This document shows, piece after piece, positions 40,322-48,995 of a stretch of 64,000 nt of DNA (position 1 is the first letter of the stretch; each line of letters starts with the position of its first letter). This stretch comes from an uncultured Dongia sp. (GTDB lineage Bacteria; Pseudomonadota; Alphaproteobacteria; Dongiales; Dongiaceae), in the NCBI GenBank assembly GCA_936916975.1, contig CAKZGO010000012.1, positions 1,775-65,774 on the forward strand, written 5' to 3'. The notes beneath the pieces are model-generated. The model did no database searches. It saw only the letters and a program-made list of their open reading frames with translations, and was not told the origin of the DNA. A program made the position numbers and the translations under genes.

Positions 40322-40987
40322 CTAGCGGAACAGGATTCCCATCGCGGCGAGGGTCGCAATGTCGGCGCCGGTAGCGTCCTCGAATGCCTCCGCAAAAACT
40401 TCGGCCTGACGTGCCAACATCACAGCACGCACGTTACCCAGATTAAGATCGGCATCATAGGCCGGCACACTTACCTCGCCGTAGAGGATACCGGCAGGCT
40501 GCCCGGTCGATCCATTGTAGGCATACGGAACATAGACTGACGTGCCGAACATCGTTGCACCATGGACATAGATGGTGAACGAATCACCAGCAACGAAGTT
40601 GTTTCCACCGTCAGCGACAGTGAATTGGATCTCGCCGCTGAACGCTACGGCCACAACCACCTTGCCGACAAATTTGCCTGCAGGATCGTACAGTGCAAAA
40701 TTTCCGGCATCTGCGGCGGGTTCAACACAGACCAGCTTGTAGGCGCCAATCTTGTAGCCCGTGCCAAGCTCAACATCGGCGATCGTGCCGTTGCCGGAAT
40801 TGCCGGCAGTCGCAGCGACTTGCGTGTTGCTGACGGCGCGCGCCAGCAAGGACCCAGCCTGCAGGATGACAGCTTCTTCCTGGTTTTCGTCAATCGCCCG
40901 AACTAGGACTCCGTCGAAGGACTGATTACCGTTAGCGCAGCTGATCACAAACGCGCCGTCATGCGGGCGCTCAACAAGTGTCGTCAT
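40322..40987 (-). CDS. Head decoration protein (gpD-like region in an enlarged 221-aa protein)
   Basis: It lies directly upstream of the gpE-type capsid gene. The segment ...PAGILYGEV...ARQAEV... resembles the gpD family pattern. It is about twice the length of lambda gpD. Confidence 0.55.
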   Translation of the reverse strand: MTTLVERPHDGAFVISCANGNQSFDGVLVRAIDENQEEAVILQAGSLLARAVSNTQVAATAGNSGNGTIADVELGTGYKIGAYKLVCVEPAADAGNFALYDPAGKFVGKVVVAVAFSGEIQFTVADGGNNFVAGDSFTIYVHGATMFGTSVYVPYAYNGSTGQPAGILYGEVSVPAYDADLNLGNVRAVMLARQAEVFAEAFEDATGADIATLAAMGILFR

Positions 40988-41110
40988 GATTACCTCTCAA
41001 GTTTGGGTGCATTCCGCCTGCCATAACGGCGGAACTGGATTGGCAAGTCTGTCCGTTCCCGCTCTCACGAGAGTGCGGGTGGTGATTAGATGAAATGTTG
41101 AGTGGTGTGC

Positions 41111-41641
41111 TTAGCGCTTAGTGACGCCAACCTTCGCGAGTGCCTTGTCCCAATCGGCTTCGACCTGCGCACCCGGCGACTTGCCGCCATCCGTGCCTAC
41201 CTTCGGTGCCGGATTTGCAGCCATGGCAGCGGCGAGGCCGCCGCCCTTGCCCGCGGGCGATACCTTCAGGCTGGTGACCACTGCCGACAGGCTGAGGCCG
41301 GTGTTGCAGGCAAGGTGTGCCGCCAGGCTGGGATTTGTGCCCGCCTCCGTCGACGCCAGGATCTGACCGATCCGCTTGCGTTCCGCGGCGACACCACGAC
41401 GGAAAGATGCCTTCGCGGCGGCGTTGGCTTCCTTCTCTTCCTCGTCATTGGCGGCGTCGCCACCATCACCCTCATCTTCGTCGCCCTCTCCGGACTTCGC
41501 CTTGTCCTTGTCTTCCTCGTTCTCGCCGTCCTTGCCCTTGGTGCCTTCGGCACCTTCGTCCTTGTCCTTTTCTTCTTCCTCGGCACGAGGTGCCGGGCTG
41601 GCATTAAGGTGGCCGAAACTGAATAGATGGCTGAGCTTCAT
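41111..41641 (-). CDS. Scaffold-like acidic protein
   Basis: 176 aa with an extreme Glu/Asp/Lys/Gly low-complexity N-terminal half and an ...AAERKRIGQIL... C-terminal domain. It lies between the prohead protease and the decoration gene. Confidence 0.5.
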   Translation of the reverse strand: MKLSHLFSFGHLNASPAPRAEEEEKDKDEGAEGTKGKDGENEEDKDKAKSGEGDEDEGDGGDAANDEEEKEANAAAKASFRRGVAAERKRIGQILASTEAGTNPSLAAHLACNTGLSLSAVVTSLKVSPAGKGGGLAAAMAANPAPKVGTDGGKSPGAQVEADWDKALAKVGVTKR

Positions 41642-41674
41642 GAATCTCTCCTATGTGGCTAGGCGGCCGGTGGT

Positions 41675-42565
41675 TTAGACCGGGGCCGCGGTTGATTGCC
41701 GGATGACGGCGGCAAGGGCGTCGAGCGGCGCCATGATGTCGTCCGCCAGGCCGAGCTTGACCGCCGCCGCCAGGGCGCTCGGGCTGGAGAAGGTTGCGGC
41801 TTCGGTATCCAGGACCGCCTTGATGTCGATGGCGGTACCGGCAGCGGATCGATGCTTGGTGACGGTCGCCGCGAACAACTGACGGATGTCTTCGCATTCC
41901 GCCTGCCACACCGCTTTGACCTCTTCCGGCAACTCAGCATAGGGGTGACCATCCACCTTGTGCTTACCGGCAAAAATGAACGTGAGCTTGATGCCCCATT
42001 CATCGAGGATCTTTGAATAGTCGACATGCATCATGACGACGCCGATCGAGCCAACCCCACCTGTGCGCGGCACGGTCAACGTATCGGCAGCACTGGCGAT
42101 GGCATAGGCGGCGCTGTACGCCATTTCATCGAGGATGGCGACGACCGGTTTTCCAGCGGCAGCCTTGGCGGCAACGATCCAGTCGACCAGATCGAAGCAA
42201 CCGGACACCTCGCCGCCACCGCTGTTGATCCACAGGACAACTGCCTTGATCTCCGGGTCCGCCATGGCCTGCGCGATCTGCAGCCGCAGGCAATTATAGC
42301 CGGTGGCGTATTCCCATCCGATGACGGGAAACTCCTGCAGCAGCACACCCGCAACCGGGATAATGGCAACACCCTGCACGACATCATAGGTCCGGGCGCT
42401 GCCATCCCAATGGTCCAGCCATAGGATGCGGCCGCCCGATTTGGCTGGCGGCGCCAGCTTGCCGCTGGCAAGGCCCGCCATCACCTCGACAAACTTGTGC
42501 TCATAGCTGGGGGCCACCAGGGCAATCGGTGCCGGCGGCAATTGCAATCCGCCCTTTTCGCTCAT
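41675..42565 (-). CDS. Prohead protease, S49 (SppA/ClpP-like; lambda gpC type)
   Basis: I take ATG 42563-42565 (MSEKGG...), which overlaps the portal stop as ATGA, giving 296 aa. It has the motifs VLWINSGGGEV and EMAYSAAYAIASAAD (Ser nucleophile context). Confidence 0.8.
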   Translation of the reverse strand: MSEKGGLQLPPAPIALVAPSYEHKFVEVMAGLASGKLAPPAKSGGRILWLDHWDGSARTYDVVQGVAIIPVAGVLLQEFPVIGWEYATGYNCLRLQIAQAMADPEIKAVVLWINSGGGEVSGCFDLVDWIVAAKAAAGKPVVAILDEMAYSAAYAIASAADTLTVPRTGGVGSIGVVMMHVDYSKILDEWGIKLTFIFAGKHKVDGHPYAELPEEVKAVWQAECEDIRQLFAATVTKHRSAAGTAIDIKAVLDTEAATFSSPSALAAAVKLGLADDIMAPLDALAAVIRQSTAAPV

Positions 42566-44178
42566 GCTGCTTGCTCCCCGCTGCTGCTGTTGCCAGGCGC
42601 TTGCGACCCTTCGCGCTCGTCCTGTTGCGGTACCATAAGGGTGGCGAAGGACCGCAAGCTGGGATGCACGATGCCGGCAGCTTGGCATTCCTTGATCTCG
42701 CGCATGATCTGCTGCAGCTTTTCCTGATAGTCGCCGCCTTGCTCCGCAACCTCATCCTCGAGCGTCGAGATGCCGGCCGCCATGCGCAATACCGCCGCTT
42801 GGATTTCCTTGACCGGATCGACCCAACCACGACCCGGGCCGATCCACCGGCACTTGGCATAGGCCGCGCGGGCTTCATAAAAGTCCGGTGCGTTTGGGGG
42901 CAGCCGGACAATGCCCTTGTCGATCGCTTCTTCCAAGAAACCGAGATAGACCGGCGTCGAAAACCCCTGTGCGAAGTCGTCGCGGCGGTAGGTCATCGTT
43001 TTCCACATATCGAGGAGCGACGCACGCGCCGATGAATAATTGGTCTTGGACCAATCCTTCGACAACTGCTCGTAACTGGTACCGGTACCCGCCGCGATAT
43101 TGCGCAGTACCGTGGCTTGGAATGCATCGAAGGATGAGTTCGGACGTGTGACGGTTTGAAAGCCTAACTTCTCCCCCGGAAACAGGGCCGGGACACGGAT
43201 GCCACCAAGCGTGATGGCCTTGTTCTCGTGAAAGCCGGATCGGGCGGTCTGGTAGTCATTAAGGTTGGCGGCCTGTCCGTCCTCGAGGATGCCCTGCAAC
43301 AGATTGTGATCAAACGGGCTCTCGATAAAGGCCGCCAAGATCGCATTCAGCACCGCGGCCTGGAGTTCAACCTTGTCGTAACGGTCGAGCATCTTCAGCC
43401 GCTCGAGGATCGGCGTCAGACGGCCGACGCCGCGCGACAGGCCATCACGTTCCTTGTCGAAGTGATGAATGACCTGCGGGCGACCCCACGGCGTGTCCCG
43501 CGCGATCCGCTCCCAGATCCACGCATCCATTGCGGTGCCCACATCATGTGGATGGCGCTTGCGGAAGTGATAGGCGATGGCTGCCGTGTTGTGGTCGATC
43601 TCGACGCCGCCGCGCAGAAAATCGGTATCCTCGCCTTGGTTCGGGTTGGACAACCGATCCGGATCGACGACCCGCAAGGCCGTCGCGAAAGCACCGCCGC
43701 GGTTCGGCTCCCACACCAGCACACCCAACGCATCGCCATCGACCACATAATGCCGATAGGCAAGGCCGAACAACCCACCCATCTGTGAATGCCGGCTGGC
43801 ATCGCAGTAGAATCCAGGATCGTTGGCATAGGTACGCCAGGCCGCCTCGACCTCTTTAGACCATTCATGCGCCCACTCGGCATCGAGGCCGAGTGCTGCA
43901 TAGTCCGGCTTGACCGACAGGCGCAAACCGCCGCCGATCACATTGTCGATCTCACGCCCGACGATGCCGGCGGCCCAACCGTTGTTGCGGGCAATGTCGC
44001 GGATGCGTGCCGTGATCCGGTCACGGTTATGCAACAGGTCATAATCGGCGGATGCCAGTGACGGCCACCAGTTGGCCATGTCCTGGCTGGCTGGATCAGC
44101 GGCCTGATACGCCGTCACCTGATGCGACGCACGGCGCATCGGCGTCCCATCCTGGTTGATGATCAAGGGCACGCCCAT
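42562..44178 (-). CDS. Portal protein, lambda gpB family
   Basis: 538 aa. Its N-terminal pattern (...AD.DL....R...RAR.RDL.RNN.WA.G...) and its position between gpW and the protease fit the family. Confidence 0.85.
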   Translation of the reverse strand: MGVPLIINQDGTPMRRASHQVTAYQAADPASQDMANWWPSLASADYDLLHNRDRITARIRDIARNNGWAAGIVGREIDNVIGGGLRLSVKPDYAALGLDAEWAHEWSKEVEAAWRTYANDPGFYCDASRHSQMGGLFGLAYRHYVVDGDALGVLVWEPNRGGAFATALRVVDPDRLSNPNQGEDTDFLRGGVEIDHNTAAIAYHFRKRHPHDVGTAMDAWIWERIARDTPWGRPQVIHHFDKERDGLSRGVGRLTPILERLKMLDRYDKVELQAAVLNAILAAFIESPFDHNLLQGILEDGQAANLNDYQTARSGFHENKAITLGGIRVPALFPGEKLGFQTVTRPNSSFDAFQATVLRNIAAGTGTSYEQLSKDWSKTNYSSARASLLDMWKTMTYRRDDFAQGFSTPVYLGFLEEAIDKGIVRLPPNAPDFYEARAAYAKCRWIGPGRGWVDPVKEIQAAVLRMAAGISTLEDEVAEQGGDYQEKLQQIMREIKECQAAGIVHPSLRSFATLMVPQQDEREGSQAPGNSSSGEQAA

Positions 44179-44189
44179 TCGCTACTCCG

Positions 44190-44417
44190 CTAACCGAACC
44201 GAACACCGATCGCGCGACGCCGCGTCTTGCAGCCCGTTGGATCAAGCTGTGCCTTGATCTCGACGATGCGCGCGCGAATGGCAGTGAGGTCGGTCTTGTT
44301 ATATTCAACCCGCGTGTCGCCATAACCGACAGACGCCGTCTGCTTCCCCAGCAACAGCTGTTGCTCGGCAGCCTCAAGCTGCGCGAGATATACCTGCAAC
44401 GTCGCGGTATCGGTCAT
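44190..44417 (-). CDS. Head-tail joining protein gpW-like
   Basis: 75 aa with MTDTATLQVYLAQLEAAEQQLLLGKQ..SVGYGD..V.Y...DL..I...I. It lies between terL and the portal gene, as in lambda. Confidence 0.75.
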   Translation of the reverse strand: MTDTATLQVYLAQLEAAEQQLLLGKQTASVGYGDTRVEYNKTDLTAIRARIVEIKAQLDPTGCKTRRRAIGVRFG

Positions 44418-46357
44418 GCCAGGCCCTTCACAAGCTTATTCATCTTCGTTTCTACAACTGGCGCGGTTGCCGGTGCCGGTTTCGCGGGTGCTGGACCAAC
44501 CGCCACCATCAGATCTTCCATATCCGTCTGACCGCCGTGGCGCGGCACCTCCAATTCGGCTGCCAACATGTCCCAGGCATCGGCCGTCTTGATGTACCAG
44601 CCCATGCGATAGGCAGCGGCCTCCGCATAGAGCATGGTGTCCAGCACCTCATTGCGCTGGTTCGGGTCCTTGCTCCAGCGATAGGCCTCGAAACCGTCCT
44701 TGCTCTTGATCGGTACGCGGCGCTCGGCACACAGCTGCTGGTAATAATCATCCTCGAACCCGGCCGGGAAGCTGACATAACCGCGGGCGAGCTCGTCGGT
44801 CTTCTGCAAATTCTTATAGAGGGCCATCTTCATGACGCTCGTGCCGACGTTGTAGAAACGCCCGGCGTATTTCAGCGACTTGCCTTCCTTGTTCTTCTCG
44901 CGCTTCACCTTGACCAGCGGTGGCGCCAGTTCGGACTTCGCACCGCGCACCATCATGACCCGGCTCGACGGATGGCGCTTCGCCCAGGAAAACACATCCT
45001 CGGTCCAGGCATTGCCGTCGATGGCAATCATGCCGGCCTTGCGGCGGTTGCGGAACCGATCCGGCCATTCCTGCAGCAGCAGCTTATCGAGCGCCTCGCG
45101 CGTCAACGTGTCGCTGATATGGCCGGAAATTACCCCGTAATCGACCGGGTAGCGGCGAAACTCGCGGCCGAAACCGACCGCATGCCATTCGACCCGGTCG
45201 CCCTGGCAATCGATGCCGATCGCCAGCAGCAAGGCACCGACTTCGATGATCCCGCGCGGACGCTCAGACGCCTGCGCGCGATCCCGCAGATCTTCCCAGG
45301 GTGGCGATTCGCCGGCCGCCTTATAGGCCAACCCGACGGTGTCATTCAGAAACACCTTCTCCTTGGGTGGATTGCCTTTGGCTGTGAACCACGCATCGCG
45401 GATGCTGCTCCAATCCTCCAGCGGCGAATAGGCGGACCACAGATAAAAGCCGATCGACTTGGCGCCCGGGTTGTGTGCCACCCATACGCCGCGGCGGTTC
45501 ATCTCCGCGCGATGATGCTGCTCGATCAAACAACCGTTGGCCGGGCAGGTGAAGCATGGGGCATCATCCGGATGTGCTTCGATGTAAGCTTGTAGGTTGC
45601 TCCATTCCAGCGGGTGCACGTGACCGCACCCAGGACACGGCACATGGAAGTGTTCCTGCGTCGACTTGGCAAAGACCTGCGTGATGCGACACCCCGGCTC
45701 GATGAGCGGCGTGCTGATCTTGAGGATCTTCGCCCAATTGAAGGCCTTCGACCGACTGTCCGCCTGCGTCTCAGGATCGCCCGCCTTGTTCTGCTCCCAC
45801 TTCGCCAGATCGTCCTGCACCTGGCGCTTGACGCTGATCATCGACAGGGACGATTCGGAATTGGCGCCGCCGATCTGCAGGAACCCGCGCCCGTCCTGGC
45901 GCTCCTGGTACAGCATCGAATTCGTAACATCACGGCCCTTGGCGACCGGCAGCATCGCGCGCAGGCGATCGGACTGCCGCACCATCGGGCGCCACTTCTG
46001 CTTTGCCCAGCGCTGTGCATTCGGTTCGGTCGGATGGACATAAAGGATGCCGCAGGGGTCGAGATCGAGCGAACCTGCCACGAAGATCTGCGCCAGGACG
46101 GTACCGCCCAGCTGCGCCGACTTCTTCATGACGACGACGCGGGCCGGATGTTCCGGCCCCAATACCTCCAGCGGCCGGGCGAAAAACGGAAACAGGTCCG
46201 GATTGTATGGACCTGGAAAGCGGCTCTCATTGGCGAAGCGGATGTTATCCACTGCCCACCGGTTGAGATCGACGGGTGGTGGTGGTGCCACAACCTCAGC
46301 CAGAACCTGCGCTGCCATACGGCGCGGGTTGGCGAGGAACGCGTCACCATCAGGCAT
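44414..46357 (-). CDS. Terminase large subunit, lambda gpA family
   Basis: 647 aa with the FPGPYNPDLFPFFARP...MKKSAQLGGT Walker-like region and a zinc-ribbon-like HVPCPGCGH...FTCPANGC, typical of gpA-type terminases. Confidence 0.88.
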   Translation of the reverse strand: MPDGDAFLANPRRMAAQVLAEVVAPPPPVDLNRWAVDNIRFANESRFPGPYNPDLFPFFARPLEVLGPEHPARVVVMKKSAQLGGTVLAQIFVAGSLDLDPCGILYVHPTEPNAQRWAKQKWRPMVRQSDRLRAMLPVAKGRDVTNSMLYQERQDGRGFLQIGGANSESSLSMISVKRQVQDDLAKWEQNKAGDPETQADSRSKAFNWAKILKISTPLIEPGCRITQVFAKSTQEHFHVPCPGCGHVHPLEWSNLQAYIEAHPDDAPCFTCPANGCLIEQHHRAEMNRRGVWVAHNPGAKSIGFYLWSAYSPLEDWSSIRDAWFTAKGNPPKEKVFLNDTVGLAYKAAGESPPWEDLRDRAQASERPRGIIEVGALLLAIGIDCQGDRVEWHAVGFGREFRRYPVDYGVISGHISDTLTREALDKLLLQEWPDRFRNRRKAGMIAIDGNAWTEDVFSWAKRHPSSRVMMVRGAKSELAPPLVKVKREKNKEGKSLKYAGRFYNVGTSVMKMALYKNLQKTDELARGYVSFPAGFEDDYYQQLCAERRVPIKSKDGFEAYRWSKDPNQRNEVLDTMLYAEAAAYRMGWYIKTADAWDMLAAELEVPRHGGQTDMEDLMVAVGPAPAKPAPATAPVVETKMNKLVKGLA

Positions 46358-46934
46358 CTATCGCCGCATCCTCGATCAATTCCGGCTCGGCGGCCACAAC
46401 CTCAAGTGCCGCCAGCATCTGCCGCTCGCGCCAGGCGCGAACCTCGCGCCGCAACACGACTGTCGCTGCCTTGGCATCAGCGTGGCACTCGGCCGCGATC
46501 GCATCCCCCAGCATCGGGATCAACTCTTCAAGTCCCGACAGCAGTTGCGCCAGTGTTCGGGACCATTCGCGCGACGTCGCATCGGCGCGGACATAGATCC
46601 CCATCTCTTCAAGTTCTCTGCGCCGCGACCGCCGCGCTTCGATCTCCGCCTGCTCGGCCCTGGCATCCTGGGTGCGTCGCGCTGCATCCGACAGCGGCGG
46701 CAAGGCCGGGTCCAAGCTCGGCCGGGTTTGCGCGACCGACTGCGTGATGTCGAGCGTCGCCCCCAGCTGGCTGTTCGCCACCTCGGCATTGATCCGTGCG
46801 TCGAGGCCAGTACCGACGATCGCCTCGCCGTAGATCTTGCCTTCCTTGATCCACTGCGACACACGGGCGGCAGACACCTGACGCAGGCGCGCAAAGTCTC
46901 CCTTGCGCATCGTCGTGACCTGCGCAGGTTGCAT
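46350..46934 (-). CDS. Terminase small subunit candidate
   Basis: 194 aa with an N-terminal HTH-like segment (KGDFARLRQVSAARVSQWIKEGKI). It overlaps the terL start by 8 nt. Confidence 0.65.
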   Translation of the reverse strand: MQPAQVTTMRKGDFARLRQVSAARVSQWIKEGKIYGEAIVGTGLDARINAEVANSQLGATLDITQSVAQTRPSLDPALPPLSDAARRTQDARAEQAEIEARRSRRRELEEMGIYVRADATSREWSRTLAQLLSGLEELIPMLGDAIAAECHADAKAATVVLRREVRAWRERQMLAALEVVAAEPELIEDAAIDA

Positions 46935-47096
46935 GGCTTTACTCGCTTAATCCCGCTTAAGCCCTAAACTTAAGGCTCTAAATTCGCCGATAAACTGCCG
47001 CACCCAAACGCCCTGCCCGCCCGTATACGGTTTGGGGCTGGGAAGGACCCGCTGCCTAGGCGCATTGATTAACATTAATGTGCCCTCACCTTCACA

Positions 47097-47142
47097 TTGA
47101 TGAAGATGAATGATCCGTCGCGTTGATCTTGATGAAGATGAA
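47097..47142. repeat. Two perfect 14-bp direct repeats TTGATGAAGATGAA (47097-47110, 47129-47142) in the terS upstream gap
   Basis: Read directly. The spacing is 32 bp. They lie in a relatively AT-rich 334-bp non-coding region between the late regulator gene and terS. Confidence 0.8.
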
Positions 47143-47268
47143 CGCCCTGTAGCTCTGGTGACAGACTGGAGCGTCGGCCCAGAAACGCGAAGCGCCCGCG
47201 CGGAGGTTGTCCGGCGGGCGCATCTGTTTCGATCTTGCCTATCTGAATGCCCCTTTTTGTCAAAACTG

Positions 47269-47880
47269 TCAATCGCGATCTGCGATTTGCAGGGCCAAAG
47301 AAAAGAGCGCGGTCTGATATTCGCTGCGGACCTTCTCATAGCTGCAGCGGAATTCCTTGGCGATCACACGATACGAGAAGCCCATGACGCGGGCGCTGAT
47401 GATCTTGCGATCCCGCGAAGAAAGCTTGTAGAGCAAGGTGATGATGGCCATAGCCTTGACGATCTCATCCTCGCTCGGGATCTCGCGTGGCAGTTCGTTC
47501 TCGACGTGCTTGGCTGATTCCCAGTAGTCCCGCACGACGTCGGGCATGCCCGACGCACCGGACGACGGGAAGGCATAGCGACCTGCCGGCATCCGAGTCA
47601 CCACACTCACGGCATCGCGGATGATCTCCTCGACCTGTACCACCATGCTGGCGATCGGGTTGTCGTTCGCGGCTTCCTTGCTATAGGCCGTACCGATCCG
47701 CACCTTGCGGCCATAGGGCACGCGCCGCGCCAACTCTGCCAGCACATCGTCGTTCGCCGGCTCTGGCTGCAACGTCGCACGCCTTGCCTTGGCCTTCGCC
47801 ATCGACGATTGCCGAACCTCAGCCTGTCTCTGCTCGGTTTCCGTTACCTTAGCAGCCCGCTTGGCCTTCTTCGCACCCAT
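47269..47880 (-). CDS. Putative late-gene transcriptional regulator (C-terminal sigma-70 region-4/LuxR-like HTH)
   Basis: I take ATG 47878-47880 (AAGGGGA upstream), 203 aa. The C-terminus LSSRDRKIISARVMGFSYRVIAKEFRCSYEKVRSEYQTAL has an HTH pattern. It is the last gene before the cos/late region. Confidence 0.45.
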   Translation of the reverse strand: MGAKKAKRAAKVTETEQRQAEVRQSSMAKAKARRATLQPEPANDDVLAELARRVPYGRKVRIGTAYSKEAANDNPIASMVVQVEEIIRDAVSVVTRMPAGRYAFPSSGASGMPDVVRDYWESAKHVENELPREIPSEDEIVKAMAIITLLYKLSSRDRKIISARVMGFSYRVIAKEFRCSYEKVRSEYQTALFSLALQIADRD

Positions 47881-47891
47881 CACAATCCCCT

Positions 47892-48995
47892 TTACGCCAC
47901 GCGTTTCGATAAGCATTCATCCTGCAGCCGCTTCGGCATCGGACAGTGAGGCGAACCCGGTGGATCACCCCAGTTCGGCAACCACGTGCCACGCTCCCAA
48001 GCCACCATCTGCGGCGCCCATCGGTCGCGTTCGATGTCCGGCCTGCCGTCGGATTTGATCTGTGCCCGATCCGCCAAGGCCGCGCGCATCTCCGGATCGA
48101 TGATCTTCAGCAGCTTCGGCACTACATTCCGCTGATGCATGCGGGGAAACTCCCGCCTTGCCACCTCGGCCACCAAGGCCGCATCGGCACCCCCCAGCAC
48201 CCATGCCCGAGCGATTGGGTAATCCTGACCATGCGGATGCGCGCGCCCTGCCATTGCCCCCCATTCGGCCACCAGCGCCGCGTCGAACGCATCGATCAAC
48301 ACCCGGCATTCGCGGTCATGCACCACCCGGTCAACAGCACCCGGCGGCCGCGCGGCATTCAGACTGGATGTGGCAGGGGATTCTCTTTCTTCTCTCCCTC
48401 TCCTCTCCTCTCCTAGGGGAACTGGTTCCCCACCGGTACGGTACTGGTTCCCCACTGGTGGGGAACTCGATGACTGGTAAGTCGCTGATTTTGTTCCGTG
48501 GAGGATTTCCCCGTCACGTTCTGCCGATGCGCGGACCTTGTCGCCCGCCGCCCCATCAGGACGGACCGGTGCGGGATGCACGTCATTGGCGGGTGGTTTC
48601 ACGTTGGCGGCGGCGGGTGAGCCCTTGCCCTTGCCGGGCGGCTGCTCCCCCTCAAACCCCGCATAGGCGGCCAACACGCCTGGCAGGGGATAGCGATATC
48701 CTGGCTTCTTCGGCTTCTGATACTCGCCGAAATTGCGCGACACGCCATAGCGGCGCCCATCCACCTCAAAGCTGCGGATGCGGTCGTGTTCAATGAGCTC
48801 GGCCAAGAGTGGTACGATCTCGACCGGCTGATCCGGGAAAAGCTCGCGCTTCATTTCGCCGGGCTTCCACTCGAACACGCCGTGATCGTCGGATTGGGTC
48901 CACAGGCCGATGAGTAGCAGGCGCGCCCAGGCGGAGGTGCTAACAACACCATCATCCTTAAAGAACGCCGCGTGAATAGACCGGATGCGGCTCAT
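47892..48995 (-). CDS. Replication initiator/helicase-loader candidate (contains internal iterons)
   Basis: 367 aa, directly downstream of and overlapping the DnaB gene. It has a central low-complexity linker encoded by the repeat cluster at 48381-48466. No family was recognised with certainty. Confidence 0.45.
   Translation of the reverse strand: MSRIRSIHAAFFKDDGVVSTSAWARLLLIGLWTQSDDHGVFEWKPGEMKRELFPDQPVEIVPLLAELIEHDRIRSFEVDGRRYGVSRNFGEYQKPKKPGYRYPLPGVLAAYAGFEGEQPPGKGKGSPAAANVKPPANDVHPAPVRPDGAAGDKVRASAERDGEILHGTKSATYQSSSSPPVGNQYRTGGEPVPLGEERRGREERESPATSSLNAARPPGAVDRVVHDRECRVLIDAFDAALVAEWGAMAGRAHPHGQDYPIARAWVLGGADAALVAEVARREFPRMHQRNVVPKLLKIIDPEMRAALADRAQIKSDGRPDIERDRWAPQMVAWERGTWLPNWGDPPGSPHCPMPKRLQDECLSKRVA
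48381..48466. repeat. Origin-like cluster: a 34-nt polypyrimidine tract followed by four GGGGAAC/GTTCCCC half-sites
   Basis: Positions 48381-48414 are all pyrimidine on the + strand. The half-sites are GGGGAAC at 48416-22, GTTCCCC at 48425-31 and 48447-53, and GGGGAAC at 48460-66. ACTGGTTCCCCAC is repeated at 48421-33 and 48443-55. Confidence 0.6.

Noticed and set aside
39024-40325. 433-aa + strand ORF opposite the capsid gene, and similar ORFs at 44537-45595, 45614-46747, 51536-52648, 43228-43788 and 35095-35910
   Set aside because: All are antisense to genes with recognisable phage protein motifs (capsid, terminase, helicase, portal). They are typical high-GC shadow frames.
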